A stretch of DNA of 63,299 bases, the filler included, from Kipferlia bialata (lineage: Eukaryota), in NCBI GenBank assembly GCA_003568945.1. It is 7 parts of 6 records of this genome, joined end to end, with 100 filler letters (N's around TTAATTAATTAA, not from the genome) between each part and the next. Parts side by side here need not be neighbours in the genome. Positions count along the whole stretch, not along the records: positions 58,843 to 63,299 come from BDIP01001413.1; 6 more parts are not named here. The stretch is one strand, 5' to 3'. The number at the start of each line of letters is the position of its first letter. The stretch's first letter is position 1. Of this stretch, positions 62,978-63,299 are shown one piece after another. The notes beneath the pieces are model-generated. The model was not told where the DNA came from. It made no database searches and worked only from the letters and a program-made list of their open reading frames with translations. Made by a program: the position numbers and the translations under genes.

Positions 62978-63299
62978 ACCCCTTGTGTAGTCCAATGAGA
63001 AGATGAAGGGTAATTGTCAAGAAGAAATACAGTCACGTATGCAGAACATCGAAGCACTCTTTCTGTAAAGAGTGTAAAGAGTGATGGCACTGATCAGGGA
63101 TGGTCTCAAACGGACAATTGATAGTATCAAGTTGATACCGTCAGACTAAGGTCAACAAATGAGAGCCATGACTCTCTACCCATACCAACCCTGGACACAC
63201 ACCCATGTCTGACACCCCACCTGCTGGTTACGAGGGCAGTGGCTTACACGCCTCTCTCTGGGGCAGACGCTTCCCCACGATAGGGGACCTCCTGTACCA

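Overview
This is eukaryotic, intron-dense genomic DNA. The short introns are full of (TA)n/(GA)n, have CT[A/G/C]AC-x3-6-AG branch-point/acceptor motifs, and use the standard code; this style resembles the fornicate protist Kipferlia bialata (inference, not verified). The window is seven separate contigs joined by artificial 100-nt N44-TTAATTAATTAA-N44 linkers, so adjacency across linkers means nothing. Recognisable genes are a partial axonemal dynein heavy chain (DNAH2/DHC10-like), a queuine tRNA-ribosyltransferase accessory subunit (QTRT2-like), a neutral sphingomyelinase-like EEP enzyme, a plant-type LRR protein with a DDDIL repeat, tandem coiled-coil paralogs and several hypothetical multi-exon genes. 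There are two mobile elements. One is a 2,090-bp hAT-type DNA transposon with TIRs, an exact 8-bp TSD and an intron-containing partial transposase. The other is a CRE-like RLE-type non-LTR retrotransposon. The top finding is in the retrotransposon: ORF1 (zinc fingers, Ala-rich repeat, Ulp1/C48-like protease) and ORF2 (RT plus RLE-type region) are in the same frame and separated by one TAG. That TAG is followed by an 8-nt purine-rich spacer and an 11-bp hairpin, the layout of gammaretroviral (MLV-type) UAG readthrough signals. The second finding is that many introns carry diverged tandem copies of the adjacent exon edge with its splice site. Exon coordinates were read by eye, and multi-exon CDS spans are outer bounds.
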